This document shows positions 35,237 to 48,074 of a stretch of DNA of 64,000 nucleotides, in pieces (within the stretch, counting starts at the first letter, position 1; each line of letters opens with the position of its first letter). Both the position numbers and the translations under genes were made by a program. The notes beneath the pieces are model-generated. The model was not told the origin of the DNA. It did no database searches and worked only from the letters and a program-made list of their open reading frames with translations. Source of the stretch: Fistulifera solaris (lineage: Eukaryota); the NCBI GenBank assembly GCA_030295235.1, contig AP026138.1, positions 62,001-126,000 on the forward strand, read 5' to 3'.

Positions 35237-35754
35237 ATGCGTAACGCGACTTTGATCGTCCTTGTCTTCGTAGGTATGTACATTCCCTCTTTGATCATGC
35301 AGGGTTCTTCAATTGAAATAATTTCAAACAGACGCTCACTTTTAACATTTTCTAGGATGGGCATCGGCCTTGTTTGACCGCCGTTTTCAGCTCTGTGGCC
35401 ACCGACGAGCCGTGGTCAGCTGCAACTGCCGAGATCCTGTCGGAAGGGGCAAGTGTGCCGACTCGGCGCTGCTCGGTTACAACCATTGCATCAAGATCGA
35501 TACGCTTCTCACGCCGGAAGTGTGCCAAGAAGTGGCCGAGGGCTCCGAGAACGTTCGCGGAGTAGAGTTTGTCGATCTTTTGGGGTTTCGTACTTGTCGC
35601 ATCCTTTTTGACTCGGGTCTCGACCTGAAAGGCTTGTGTCCTGCTGGTTTCCTCCCAACGCTCGGATTTTTTTGGAAGCGGTGAAATCAACGGTGTTTTG
35701 CCTGCCCTTGGCACTACGTGCTGTCGTTGCAAGCTCAATTTGCCTGTTATTTAG
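35237..35754 (+). CDS. Small secreted cysteine-rich protein; intron 35274-35355
   Basis: Spliced signal peptide MRNATLIVLVFVGWASA joins ORF 35370 in frame. Many Cys. Stop at 35684, or at 35754 if a homopolymer indel near 35670 is corrected (...TTCCRCKLNLPVI). Confidence 0.65.
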
Positions 35755-37168
35755 TTTGATAGCCCTAACATTCATTTAATGAAATAAGTTTTCTTATTCA
35801 TTGCTCATCGCTTCTTTTTGAACGTAATCCACTTCGTGTATTGCAATGTAGTGTTTAGTGATGTCGCACTCGCTAGGATACAACCGTCACTGCAACTCAT
35901 TCTCGATGTATTCGCGTCAATTGGTTGCCCGTTCGACCTGCATCCTGCATACAGCTTCTGAACAAAAACACCGAAATCGGTAACGAATAAGCGTGGTCTG
36001 ACGGAACAAAAATGAAGGATCACACTGGAACGCAGTAGATCCAACAAGGTGCAGAAGAGGCATCGCGGTGCTGTTCGCTGGCATTGTCAGTGCTTATCAT
36101 TCATCGTCACGAGAAAGAAACGTATTTGGCTCATATTATTTGTCGTCAAGGCTTGGTCGTCAACGCCAGTTGGGTCATGTTCAATCGACGCCGCATAGAG
36201 TGCAAACGAAGCCGTAGGGAACAGCCGAGACGTCGAATCGTTGCGATTAAAAAGAACGGTTCGATCATGGTGTTCGATCATGTACGTTAATTCTCTTTGT
36301 TGAGAGAATTGTGACTGACGCCGGATTGGGTCCATATCTTCACTGGCTTCCACCGCCAACATCTTTTAGTGAGAGAAGTGTTCAAATCGATTGTCCTTCG
36401 GCTCTTTCTGCACGTATAGTTCCAGTTCATGTATTGCACTGTTTTGTTTATTGTTGTCGCAAGCGCTCGGATACAGCCGTCATGAAGGCCGGTCGTGATG
36501 TAGTCGCTGATACTTCACACACTTTAAGATAAAAACACAACACGGAAGGGGAAAAAAGTACAGTATCACAAAAGAGCGCATCGAAAAGCTTTGGATCAAA
36601 CACGCGGAAAAACCATCACATTGCTGCTTGCTTGCATAGGTAAATCACGGATCATAAGATATCGACACATTTTTAAGCAAGTCTCGATGTCTATCCTCGA
36701 GAATGGGCCAGTGCGCTATCGACGCATGCGACTGCGGTAATGTTCTAGCGATAGAGAACCGCCGAGACGCCAACCGTCCAATCGCTCTGAGCACAGATGG
36801 GACCATCAAGCGGAAATAGTGTTAGGCACTTGCTGGGGGTTTGCCCAATATCGCGGACGTGTACTCTTCGGCCATCCAAACGGTCGTCCGCCATTCTTGC
36901 AAGCGGGTATAGGCTTTACACAAATGTATTTGACGGCGCATTTCAACGTTCGTAGCTTTCTCAATAATTCCGGCTCCGACATTTCGCCTGAAGGCTTCTA
37001 GTCGGATTCGAAGTAGCAAATGCATCTTTCGTAACAAAAAACCGCTTGTTATTTTATGCGCCACTTTCCACAATCGATTCGTTTTGTACAAATAAGAAGC
37101 CGGGACCTTTCGAAAGTCACTCTTTCGTTTCCTAATTCATAATTTTTACACATTGATTCTCTTCTCTT

Positions 37169-37735
37169 CTATAACAGCTTCAAATGATCCGTGACACCGG
37201 TAAAGACCGAAGTCGGCCCAAAGACACCCAATACGGTCCGTGACCCTGCCGCAATTTGCGTTCGTCCCGCATCTTCTACTAGATAATAGGGAATCCCTCG
37301 ACTGCGCACCAACGCACGAATGCGCTCTAATTCTTCTTGCGTCGGACACTGCACCGCAATTTTCGCACATCCCGTTTGTTGCCATGCCTGCAAAGCAATC
37401 GGACATTGTCATGCCATCCGTTGATAACATCCAACGGCCGCGTGTCCGCATTGTGCCGCAATCTTGCCTTTGCCCATTTTGAGTTCTGTATTGACGACCA
37501 AAACCATTTTGTACGGTGCGTGTCGTATCGTCCAGTTGGCGGCCGTCAGTGCGTTTGTTTCATCAGCTGGCGGATCGTCGTCCGAATAGTCGTCTTCACT
37601 TTCATCATCGTCTTCTTCACTGTTATTGTTGTTATTGATGACTACGACAGTCGGCTTGAAATACCACGCCAAAGTAGGTAACAACGCACCCGCAATAAAG
37701 TACATCCATGCTGGTGCTGTTTCGTTCGAATTCAT
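37169..37735 (-). CDS. PTH2: Peptidyl-tRNA hydrolase 2; frameshift near 37410
   Basis: [27 protein letters not shown] and [20 protein letters not shown]...TDHLKLL motifs, with an N-terminal TM. Confidence 0.93.
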
Positions 37736-39158
37736 TTTGTTGAAACAGACGGTTCGCTGCTTTTAAATTAGACGCAACACAAGTCACTGCGGATTATTGC
37801 TTAATGAAGATGCGTTCGTTGGGATTTCGAGGCGAAGGAATGACAAGAAAGATGCATCTATCATCGTCTCGCATCGCCGTCGTCGTTGTCGCGTTGTTTG
37901 CGTTGTTAGGTGTTATAGCTTTGTAGCCAACATGACAAATGGCAAATGGCGGATGACAGAAGGACGAGAGGGATTTCGAACTTTTGACTATACTCCCATT
38001 ATGTAAGTGCCTAATACCACGACTAAATTTGAGTCATGATTTCTCCCTCTTCTTACTCCGTATTACTCCGTATTTTTTTTTTGCACCGTTTCTACTTTCT
38101 ACGTATCTTGTTTTTAAAGTTAGTGACTAGTGACTTGTGACCTTAAAGCTCAAAGTTCAAGAAATGTAGAGTTGAGAGTTCTGATGTTGGATTTGGATGT
38201 CTTAGGTCCCCTTTGTGACCAGAAAAGAAGGTATTTTGACTTAGACATAGCAAATACTCTGTAGCTTTACGTAGTACGTAGCACGGTTGTACCGGAGTGC
38301 TGAGTAGCCAATAGCCAACGACCAACGACCAACGACCGCTCACCGCTCACGGAAGCGACCTTTCATCACGACTGCACTTAGTCATGAATGCGCCCCTTTG
38401 GTTCTTTGGCTCGAGCGTGGGTCATCGAATAATCCCGTTTCTGGCTTTTCTTTTCTCGCGTAGACTAGAAAAGAACTTTAATTCATAAATAATAGTGCTG
38501 CCAGCAACCTAGATCCTAGATACAGAATATATGGATGACTGATGTCTGTTATCGGGCCCTGCATCGAGGATGTAATGACTCAGACTGGTTTTGACAGCTT
38601 ACCATCCATACCATTATTTGTTTGATGGAATAACGTTGACCCGTACGCGTGGTTGATTGAAAACACACACGATTGCTGAATGGACGACTCGTGATAGTCG
38701 TGAAAACACCGGACGAGTCTGCTCTTCGCAACTTCCACATTGCAGTTTTGCATGAACCTTGTTTCAAAGCCAAAACCAATGTTCTTTTTGAGTTTGTTTC
38801 CTCTCTAGATGTGGACTGCTTGGTGATCTGAATCAAAAACTATTCTCTAGAGCCATCCTAATTCTTGAAAGGCTCGGGAGTCATTGTCTCTCCAAGTTTA
38901 TTATTTGATAGTACCATACAGCATTGTGACCTAAAAAGGACGAATTACAGTACTAGGCAGAAGGCACATCGTTATTCAAAAGCTTATGTAGAATTATTCT
39001 TTGGTCACACGTGTTTGCTTGTTGGCGACGCGCAGAGCACGCAACACGCGAGATCGACCCGTTGAACGGCATTTTGTTTTTTTTTCTTCGTGACAAAAAG
39101 CAATAAGGTGTCTTTGGTATAGACTTACTTTTATTGCCGTCACTCGAGGAGATTCCCA

Positions 39159-41037
39159 ATGATGTTGTTTGTTCCGTTACTCTTCGGTGCAACAGCAACA
39201 ACTGCACATGTGATACCGTTAGTGCCGCATCACGTGCAACAACAACGACGACAATTATACGAAGGGCCGTCGACGAAGTTCGAACGACCGCATCGTTATC
39301 CCCGTTGGCTCGAAGAACGCGAATTAGACGATATTCCGGTCGCACAACAAATAGCGGGTCTCTTTCAAGGTTACGGTGTACGTAGTTGTCAAATCATCGA
39401 TGCTGTTGTTCTTGCTTCCTTGCAACAAACTCACTCACTGCTTTTTAGACACATTACGCCGATTTATGGTGCGGAACACCTCCGCAACGTCAAACGGTCA
39501 TTGTCGATACGGGTTCCGGCATTACCGCCTTTCCGTGTTCGCAATGTCAAAAATGCGGTGTCCCCGATTATCATATTGATGCCTTGTTTGACGAATCGGC
39601 CAGTTCCACGTTTTCTGTGTTAGAGTGTGGCAGTTGTTTGCACGGCAGTTGTGACGCCACGAAACAACAATGTCAAATGGGACAATCGTATCAAGAAGGG
39701 AGTAGTTGGCGAGCGCAAGAAGTCATGGATCTATGTTATGTCGGTGGCTTGCACACGGAACCTCTTACGGAAACGCACTCTCAAAGCAACCTCGATCCAA
39801 GGCACGCCTCCGATTTGGCATTCTTGATGAAATTTGGTTGTCAAACCTCGATCACGGGTCTCTTTGTGACACAATTGGCCGATGGCATTATGGGTATGGA
39901 CAAGGCCGAAAGCAGTTATTGGAAACAATTGGTTGATGCCGGTCGCGTCGATCGCGCCGCTTTTTCCTTGTGTTACAGTCGGAGTCCGACGGCCGCCCGG
40001 GAAGGAACGGCCGCGGGAGGAATGAGTTTGGGTGGCTCGGACGTGAGATGGCACGAAACGCCCATGGTCTTTACCGATCAAACCGGATCGTCGAGTGGAT
40101 TTTATCAAGTCTATTTGCGCAAAGCGTATTTGCGCAACAGTGCCGATCACAAAATTCACGTCATTGAAGGATTATCGGAAAAGGACATGAATCAAGGCAA
40201 TGTGATTGTGGATTCGGGGACGACGGATACGTATTTTCATCAAAATTTTGGTCGCAAATTTTATCCACTCTTTCAAGAACTGACGGGAGAAAAATTCGGT
40301 CACAAGGGTATGTCCCTGACACAAGAACAAATTGATGCCTATCCGACCATACTGTTGCAACTGTCGGGAGATGTCGTGCGCAACAAACAAGTCGCCGAAC
40401 AGCACGGCGGTACCGTTCAGGGATTGGTGGGGAGTTGGATCCGGATCATCCGTACGATGTCTTGTTGGCCATTCCACCGTCGCATTATTTTGAATATGAT
40501 GCGGACGACAAGAAATATTATGCGCGTTTCTATGCGGATGAGAAACGGGGCAGTGTGTTGGGTGCCAATGCTATGATGGGACACGATGTCTTGTTTGATA
40601 TTGACAATAAAATACTGGGATGGGCGGAAAGTCATTGCGATTACAATCAATTGGTCGAACGCTATGCGAATGGAAATTTGATTCCGGATGATCCCATCCC
40701 CAAACGCGAAGATCAGAAAAAGAATTCGGAGGAACCATCGAATAACGATGAAGAACGGTTCAAGCCGGAAGACGAAGACATGTACAGTCGAAGCGAACCG
40801 CCACCGAGCATGCAATTGTGCACCAGTAGCACGTGCCAAATCGGTGTTACGGTGTTTGTGGTCGGCGCTGTGATTGCCGTCGGTTATGTGCTGGCCCAGC
40901 GAACCACTCCTGGTTATAGTGGTGTGGGCGAAGAATTGACCGACGCGGAATTGGAAATGCAGTCTCCGCCCAGTATGCACTATCGTGACGACTATGATAA
41001 TGATGATGACGACAAGGAAATGCCTTCCATGACATAG
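39159..41037 (+). CDS. A1 aspartic protease, plasmepsin V/ASP5-like, with C-terminal TM; intron 39378-39448, indel near 40435
   Basis: Signal peptide, spliced GYG|THYADLWCGTPPQRQTVIVDTGSGITAFPCSQCQKCG, second catalytic IVDSGTT, VLGANAM, and TM IGVTVFVVGAVIAVGYVL. Confidence 0.88.
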
Positions 41038-41176
41038 CCTATAGAAACGCACGGAGTAACAATAATATAAGCAGCTCACTTTCTAAGGTATTGCTACCTG
41101 TCAGTATTACCCGTAGTCCTCTTCTGTATGCGTTACGTTGAAAATAAGTCCTCTCTTCATAAAATGCATGTCACTC

Positions 41177-42555
41177 TCACATGAACAACTCGGGTTTGCG
41201 TACTCGAATGAATTCTTCCAATCCATTCCAAAAGGTCGCGTACGCCACTTGATCCAATCCCCGCTTGTCGCGATTCAAAGTGGCGACGTGGACCGCCCAC
41301 GTCGCGACTTCGGGTGGCAATTGATCACCTTCCATCGACACAAAGAATCCATACACTTGATCAAAGAGTGTTGCCGGTGTCTGATATCCCTTCAACCAAT
41401 CCTTGAATTGCCAACTCTGTCCCAAAACAATCACGGCCACGACGCGATCCCACGCCGCTTGGCTGGTCCCCAGTTTGCGTGGATTGTCCATAATTTCGTA
41501 TTCGATATAGCGGCCGGCTTCTTGGGGACGCGTAAAAGTCGTCAAGGGATTCCGATGTTGATTCTGTTGGACAATTTTCTCGCGGGGTACGTATTTGGCA
41601 TTCGCCAAGAATTCATGCGCATTCACCAACGTCAGGGGTGCCGTCATGCCCTTGGGGACCAAAATGACGGGTTTCTGTCCCATTAAATGGGTCCGCAACG
41701 GTTTCGTCGTTGGACTCGTCATGACTTTGGACGACGATGATTTCTTATGGTGATGATGCTGCGACGATGAACCTTTCGTGGCTTCTTGAAACAATTCCAA
41801 GACGCGTGACAAGTCTTTTTGGGGATTGACGGCCCGCAAAATGGAAGCCGAATTTCCGACCGGGATTTCTTGTTGCAGAATGAGTTCGGTGCGGGGACCG
41901 TGTTCTTGTAACAACTCCGGTGTCACGGCAAAGCCGTCTGCATTGAGTGCCTTCGTAATGAGTTGCGCAAGTCGTTGTTCTTCTTCGTCGGCTTGTTGTT
42001 GTTGCTGGAAAGGCTGACGTTTGTCAACAACCACATTCAATCGATCAAACAATTGTTCATTGGTCACGAGCGGTTTGGGTTGTTTGCTGTGGGGCTGTTG
42101 TGATGATTTGGAGGAATGATGCGATTTCTCTTTGCGTGCTTTTTTTCGGAGGCGGTTCGGTCGTCGTCGTAATCGTTGTTGGAACACCCACCATCGCTAC
42201 GGGTACTTCTGCTGTGTCGGCAGAGACAGCCGCCGAAAAAGAAAGCGACGACGAACGCTTTATCGGTGGCTTTGACTGGATCAATGACATTGTATTTCTT
42301 GCATTCGTTACGATATTGAATCAACCCCGGATGCAATAGTTGCAAAAACAAGGACGCGGCCGAATAGGTACACGATTTCGATGAATCGGATATGGCTAAA
42401 GGCGTGTTGGCTGTAATCTTGTGACCCGAGTATTGCAATGTATCATTCGCAAAGACAACTTGCGGAAGAATGTTTTGTTGTGTCCATTCTTGCAAGAAGC
42501 GTATGGCTTCGCTTGCGGCGGAGGAATTGTTTGAAGTTGCGGCGGCTTCTGTCAT
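41177..42555 (-). CDS. CDC73: PAF1 complex subunit CDC73/parafibromin; indel near 42190-42235
   Basis: C-terminal PVILVP...LTLVNAHEFL...WDRVVAVIVLGQSWQFKDW...RDKRGLD matches the CDC73 C-terminal domain. Confidence 0.9.
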
Positions 42556-42775
42556 TCTCGAGTTATTGTAAGCGAGATAATCAATGAAGAAGAAACGAAG
42601 TGAATAATTAAACTCAAATTGTTATTGTTATGTTGACAATACCATTCGGGTCAAATGAGTTTCTAAGTACTCTTTAGGTCTATACTCATTGCCGTCACGT
42701 AAAAGCACGTAGAAAACCATGAAATGCCGATCGCAGCAAGATTAAATAAAGCTCTTCAAACCATTCATTTGATTG

Positions 42776-43735
42776 TTACTCGTTGTCATTCTCTTCGTCG
42801 CTTGCTTCGTCATTCTCATTTTCGCTGTTGTTCTCTTGATCTTCGTCGTTTGTGTCGTTGTGGGCGTTCAGCAAATCGTCAATCGTTGGGTCTCTGAAGA
42901 GTTTGCCTCGTTCCGACTCGACCAGATTGTTGCCGCCTTTGTCGTCCACAATCAATTTCAAAACACGCCGCAATCGCTTCCACACGTTTAGAAATGCTTG
43001 AGGTGAAAGATGGTGCTCCCATGCCTCTTCAATTGATCGTGCAAGCGCATCGCAATCGGGTCGTTTTCCGTGATGAACCTTTTCGACCTTGTTTTGAATG
43101 CTCATCCAGACTCCGAGATCAAGCATGTTTGTTTCGGGCGACCGAGGAACTTGCCAGACAATCTCAACGTTGTATTCGCTCTCCAATTTTCGTCTGTATT
43201 CTTCTTTGGCTAGCTGTGTTCCGTGTCCTCCTGCGTTATCCATCACCAGATAAATTTTCTCGTTCTTGTCCACCCAGTGAAATTTTTCTCGAAGTGCTTG
43301 ACCGACTTGGTGCATAATGCTCAGCATGAAGGAAGAATCACAGGAAATGTCCACCTCGACTTTATGCCCTGCCGGGTAATAGCAACGAACTTCAAGCTCT
43401 TTGATGTCGAAGTCACACAGCTGATCATCCTCGTCTAAAGGTCTCTTTGTGACTGTGTTGCGAAATTGCAGGACTGCAGCCACTTCGTCGCGAAGCTCAT
43501 AGAAATCGGAAAGTGCATCGAAAAACTCGCCCACTGTCATATCACCGCAGATGTCTTTCAAATCATTGTAAAGGGCTCTCCAAGAGCCGTTCTTGATCTC
43601 GTTGTTGATCGAAATGCTGTCGTGAAACTTGTAACTTGGTGTTGCTCGGCTGTACTCTTTCTCTTTACTAACCCTTTTCATAAAGACTCTTCCGTCAAAA
43701 TCTTTCGACTTCTTGGGCCTTGCAACAACGCCAAG
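42776..43735 (-). mobile_element. Tc1/mariner DD39D-type transposase catalytic region, partial
   Basis: GVVARP..DFDGRVF upstream. IYLVMDNAGGHG...WQVPRSPETNMLDLGVW has exactly 39 residues between the two Asp. First catalytic Asp and TIRs not seen. Confidence 0.75.
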
Positions 43736-43886
43736 GTGATTTTGTCGTCCGATTGACGAACGTAGCGCGGAACCCTTTCGAATGCAAGCGCCAGTGCATA
43801 TGTGATGGCGTTTTCGATCTCATCTTCTCTCGATAGTGGCACAGCAAAGATTTCTTGTTCTTGTTCTTGTTCAAGAACAGCGTTAG

Positions 43887-44513
43887 CTAGTAAGTGCAGA
43901 TTTTCTTGTTCATTTGCTGGGCGTACATGCTCGATTTGGTGTTCGCGGAGTACGTCTGAAGCAAGGCGGCATTTTTGCGGAGCTTGTCATCGGTCATCCC
44001 GGGAGGTCCCGGAGCTAACTCAGAAGCAACCATACGGGCACATTCCTTGACCTTAGAATACAAAGGTTGCCCAACACAAAAGTAGAAAGCCTGCTTGCTG
44101 TGTGGTGGACGATAGATGGAAATATGAATTTTCTTTCGTCCCATCTTGTCCACGAGTGTATCAAGCGCTTCTTTCATCACAAAAAGTTTTTCGACTCCCA
44201 AAACCACTTTCTTCTCCAAAATTTTGACATAAATCAATAAAGGACATATGTTCTCCCAATCGACTGAAGTTGCGTAGGAAATATCATCGTTTTTATTGTT
44301 TTCTGGCAATAATCGCCACCAGATACCGGGAGTGGCATGGCGAAACAATGCCACGACAACCGACCAAATATCTTCGCACTCCGGGGCTCTGCTTGTGTTG
44401 TTTTGCACCGATCTATCACTCCTTCGTCGCTTGTTTGAATGGTGCAAAACAACACAAGCTCGCCCAGAATTGATTTCACTGCTGCGTCGTCGAGTCGCCA
44501 TGGTCGGATGCAT
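43887..44513 (-). CDS. Hypothetical protein upstream of the transposase, possibly the same transcript
   Basis: Coding-like part of ORF 43887..44963 from MHPTMATRR. No motif recognised. Confidence 0.4.
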   Translation of the reverse strand: MHPTMATRRRSSEINSGRACVVLHHSNKRRRSDRSVQNNTSRAPECEDIWSVVVALFRHATPGIWWRLLPENNKNDDISYATSVDWENICPLLIYVKILEKKVVLGVEKLFVMKEALDTLVDKMGRKKIHISIYRPPHSKQAFYFCVGQPLYSKVKECARMVASELAPGPPGMTDDKLRKNAALLQTYSANTKSSMYAQQMNKKICTY

Positions 44514-45425
44514 TTTTGCGCGATAATGTCGTGAAGAAAAAATGTGTTCAGTGGGAAAGGCAAGGTGTCGCTTCAAACGGTATACGATTTCTGTCGTAGA
44601 AACACACTTATGTATATAGTAATCGTGTCCTATATATTTTATAGTACTCAGAAACTCATTTGACCCGAATGGTAAGAAGAGCAATAAAAAAATACAAGCC
44701 GCATAGAAACGCGTCGGCAACGGAACACGACCAGACGTTTTTCGTGACTGGAAAGCAGTCGTGGCGAAAACGGAAAACACTTTGGGTCCATAGTCAATAC
44801 AAAAAGCAAACATCCGCAAGGCGTTTCGACAAGAAGAGTCGAAACGAACCGTATCAATGCTGCGCAAGATGCTAACTGGCTGTAAAGAGTATTGTAGCTT
44901 ATTCATTTTGCTGATTTGAATGTAAGTTCGGTATCCGTCTGGCTCGAAACAAAAACGACTCATGACTGAAATGCAGTCGTGAAGAAAGCGTCGTCTTCAC
45001 TTTGGGTCTATAGTAAATTCGAAGAACAAAATTAATTATGAGCTTCCTTCATTCGTATGTAGCATGCTGCTCTTGCTCCGCTTCTGGGACCACTCGCTCC
45101 TTTAAAATTAATGCACATTAATCACTTCAAAGCATGAGAAAGGCAATGATTTTTGGAAATGCATACTTATTTTCAGCACTGCCAAAAAGCCACTGGAGGC
45201 AAAAGCATTTACCTATAACCCTAATAGTCTCAGGTCGCGCGCAAAAAAATGCGCGCTGCGCTGCTGCAAAAACGCAGCAAAACACTGCAAAAAATAGACC
45301 TATAATCAAGCTAGACTATATAATGAGATCTTTTGGTTTCATGCATTTCCTTGTTGCGAACAAAAGTTACTTCAAATCTATTCTATTGTTCGTTTCTTCT
45401 TTTGCATTGTTCACTGCTCTTCAAG

Positions 45426-47891
45426 ATGTACATTCCTCCCGCATTTCATCATTTCAATCCCAACGCCGACGAAGAATTTGATGCAACGGATATAGTCAAA
45501 TTGTTGGAGTTTCCCATGACACCGGAAGAGGAGCAATTGTTGTTTCCAGCCGCGGATAATCATTACTACTGGAATGATATTCCGACCCTGAAAAGCGAGA
45601 TGCTGAAGCATTTGCCTACACATCATAATACGCGAAAGATTTTTCAGGATGACGAATTGTTGCGTGAACATGTCAGTTTCATGGAGTTTCGGCAACCGAA
45701 AACGCGTTTGTGTAAGGCTTACCGAGCCGTTACAGCCTACTTGGAAGCGAAAAACTGGTCCCATTCAACCATTCACGTCAATTTCGCGCGGGGCTTGATT
45801 GACTGCGCGCCGATGCATTTGGGATTTCACACGCTGGCGATTCCGGAATGGTGTTACTGTCCGCTCGCCTTGCCCGCGTGGTGTCAGAAGTATCAGATTG
45901 GGCAACTGGAACAATCCTTTTGCAAAAAATGTCACCAGAAAGCCCCACGGGCATTTTTGGATCACGTCAAATCAATGAAGCGGCGTCCGATCGGAAATGA
46001 ACCAGACCGTCCGGTGGTGATCGAAGAGCTGCACGACCTCCTGTTTGTGTTCCTGCACGCGTACTATGAGCATTACTTAGTGCACTGGAAGCAGCACCAT
46101 GCTTTTTATCCGAAAGACTCGCCTGACTGCAAGCTCGTTGTGGGACGAAAGTGGGCGCGTATGCTGCGCTACCGTGAGCTGGGACTGCAACGCCAAGAGC
46201 AGTTGAGACGAGAGACATTGGAACACCAGAAAAAATTGGAACAAATGCAAAAAGTGCGGGAAAAGTTGCAAGAAATCTTGGTTCGAGAGGAGATTGAGTT
46301 GAGGGAGATGCGGGATGCTGTTTTTGATCGCGCACAGGAAGTTTTGGGAATTCGAACCGACAAGAAGACAGCAAAGGAACGTCAGCCCTACACTACAGTT
46401 TCGTATGCAGCAAGTAAGATGAAGTGTGGAGGCAAAATTCAAAATATCTTGGTGGATCACTATGTCGCTAGGGATTCAAAGAAAGAGTACAAGAAAGTGT
46501 GCTTTGTGGATTCTTCGTTTAAGCAGATGGAGTTGCTATGGAAGAATCGCACACACCCTGTTCTCTTTGAGGATTCCATCAATCAGCTGACGGAGTCGTT
46601 CTTTTGGGAATGGATGCTTCTCCCAGCGAAGGTAAGAAAGTCACCCTATATCATATTAAAGTGAGAATCCGTCTCATAATTGTCCATCCTGTTGCAGGGG
46701 ATGATACCATTGAAAAGGCCAAAGATGAAGGAGGGCCAACCCGACAATTCCTTTCGGAATTCTGGCGATACTTGCCGCGCATCGAAATTCAAGCAAAGAT
46801 TACCAACGGAAATGACAAGGGTTTTAAGCTATTTGAGCAGAAGGAATATTTGCAGCCCAAGATTGATTATCAAATTAATCTGCTACAGGAAAACGACAAA
46901 AGCGAGGTCAAGCGCTGTTATCGTGCAGTTGGTCGGGTTATTAGCTTCTGTATATTGCATGAATTCCATATCAGCCACGTTGTTTTATCAAAGATTCATC
47001 GAAACTATTTGCTCCGTGGTATTACGCCAAAGGATGATGAATATGACAAGACAGAGTTGTTTTACGATTTGAAAGAAATCATGGGTAAAGGAAAAGATGA
47101 CAATAATTATGTGTTTGAAGCGTTGAAGGCAATGGGAAGCGACGAGGAAACGGATTTCGTTGCACAGTTGCGACAGCATGTACATGACTACTACATTGAT
47201 CAGTATCAAATTTTCTTAGATGCCATGCAAGAAGGAATGAGACTAGGTAAGTTTCAATTGCCACTTCAACAATCAATTGACGCAAGCCCTCCTCACACAG
47301 TTTTCTTTCCTATGTTTCTAACGTTTCACAGATTTCTTAGCCAGCCATAGGATTCCAGAAATATTCAAGACAACTCGTTCGTGGCGAGTTGATGAATTGG
47401 TTTTCGGGAAAGCTAAACTCAACGTCGAAGACGTCATCGCCGCCTTGCAACCAGACTACGCAGACTTGCATGATGAGGCCACCATCACCCAGAGAATCTT
47501 AGATCGAGTTGAGGTCCAAAGAAAGGTGCTGCATAAGGACACTATGACAAAGGCAGAGGGCGTGCTTGTTGATGTGATTCGTTCAATGGCGAATGATGAT
47601 CCAGACTTTTTGGCTACTTTTGTTATGTATGTGCTAGGATATGATTACTTGCCAGTGGAAGTGCCCATTGTCGTTGAATTCACCTACAACGAATTTAGGG
47701 ATAAAAACGCGAAGGATACCATGGAAGATGACAAAAACCAAAACAATGCTCTACCAATGGCCCACACCTGTGTGCACGTTTTGAAATTGCCTGGCACAGC
47801 ATACGATGCCGATGAGCATCTTATCCGAACAAAATTGACAATGTCTTTGGATTACTTGAAAAATACGCAGTTAAGTTTTAACACGACATGA
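45426..47891 (+). CDS. HECT-like E3 ubiquitin ligase with Cys/His-rich N-terminal region; introns near 46632-46697 and 47247-47331
   Basis: AKDEGGPTRQFLSEF, YRAVGRVISFCIL and LPMAHTCVHVLKLP (catalytic Cys motif). The second intron restores the frame to ORF 47397; the first junction also needs an indel near 46602. Confidence 0.8.
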
Positions 47892-48074
47892 GTCAGTCAT
47901 AGAATTAAATAGGTCTTTTGCATGTTCGAATTGTTGCCTTATTCTTTGTGAATTTTAATTTTTAGTTCGCTTCGAAACAAAAGTTTTCAAATCTTTAGTT
48001 TGTCGTCTTGCGTTGTGCACCTGAGCCCCTTGAAAAAGCAATGCATCATCAACTTGTGCCTCTAGCTATGATTG

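Noticed and set aside
35805..37091. Short ORFs between the Cys-rich gene and PTH2
   Set aside because: No recognisable motifs and interrupted by stops. They may be decayed gene fragments but cannot be supported.
42660..45320. Terminal inverted repeats for the DD39D transposase
   Set aside because: Only short GGTCTAT(A)-type matches (42676, 45005, and inverted near 45293) were seen, too short to call TIRs.
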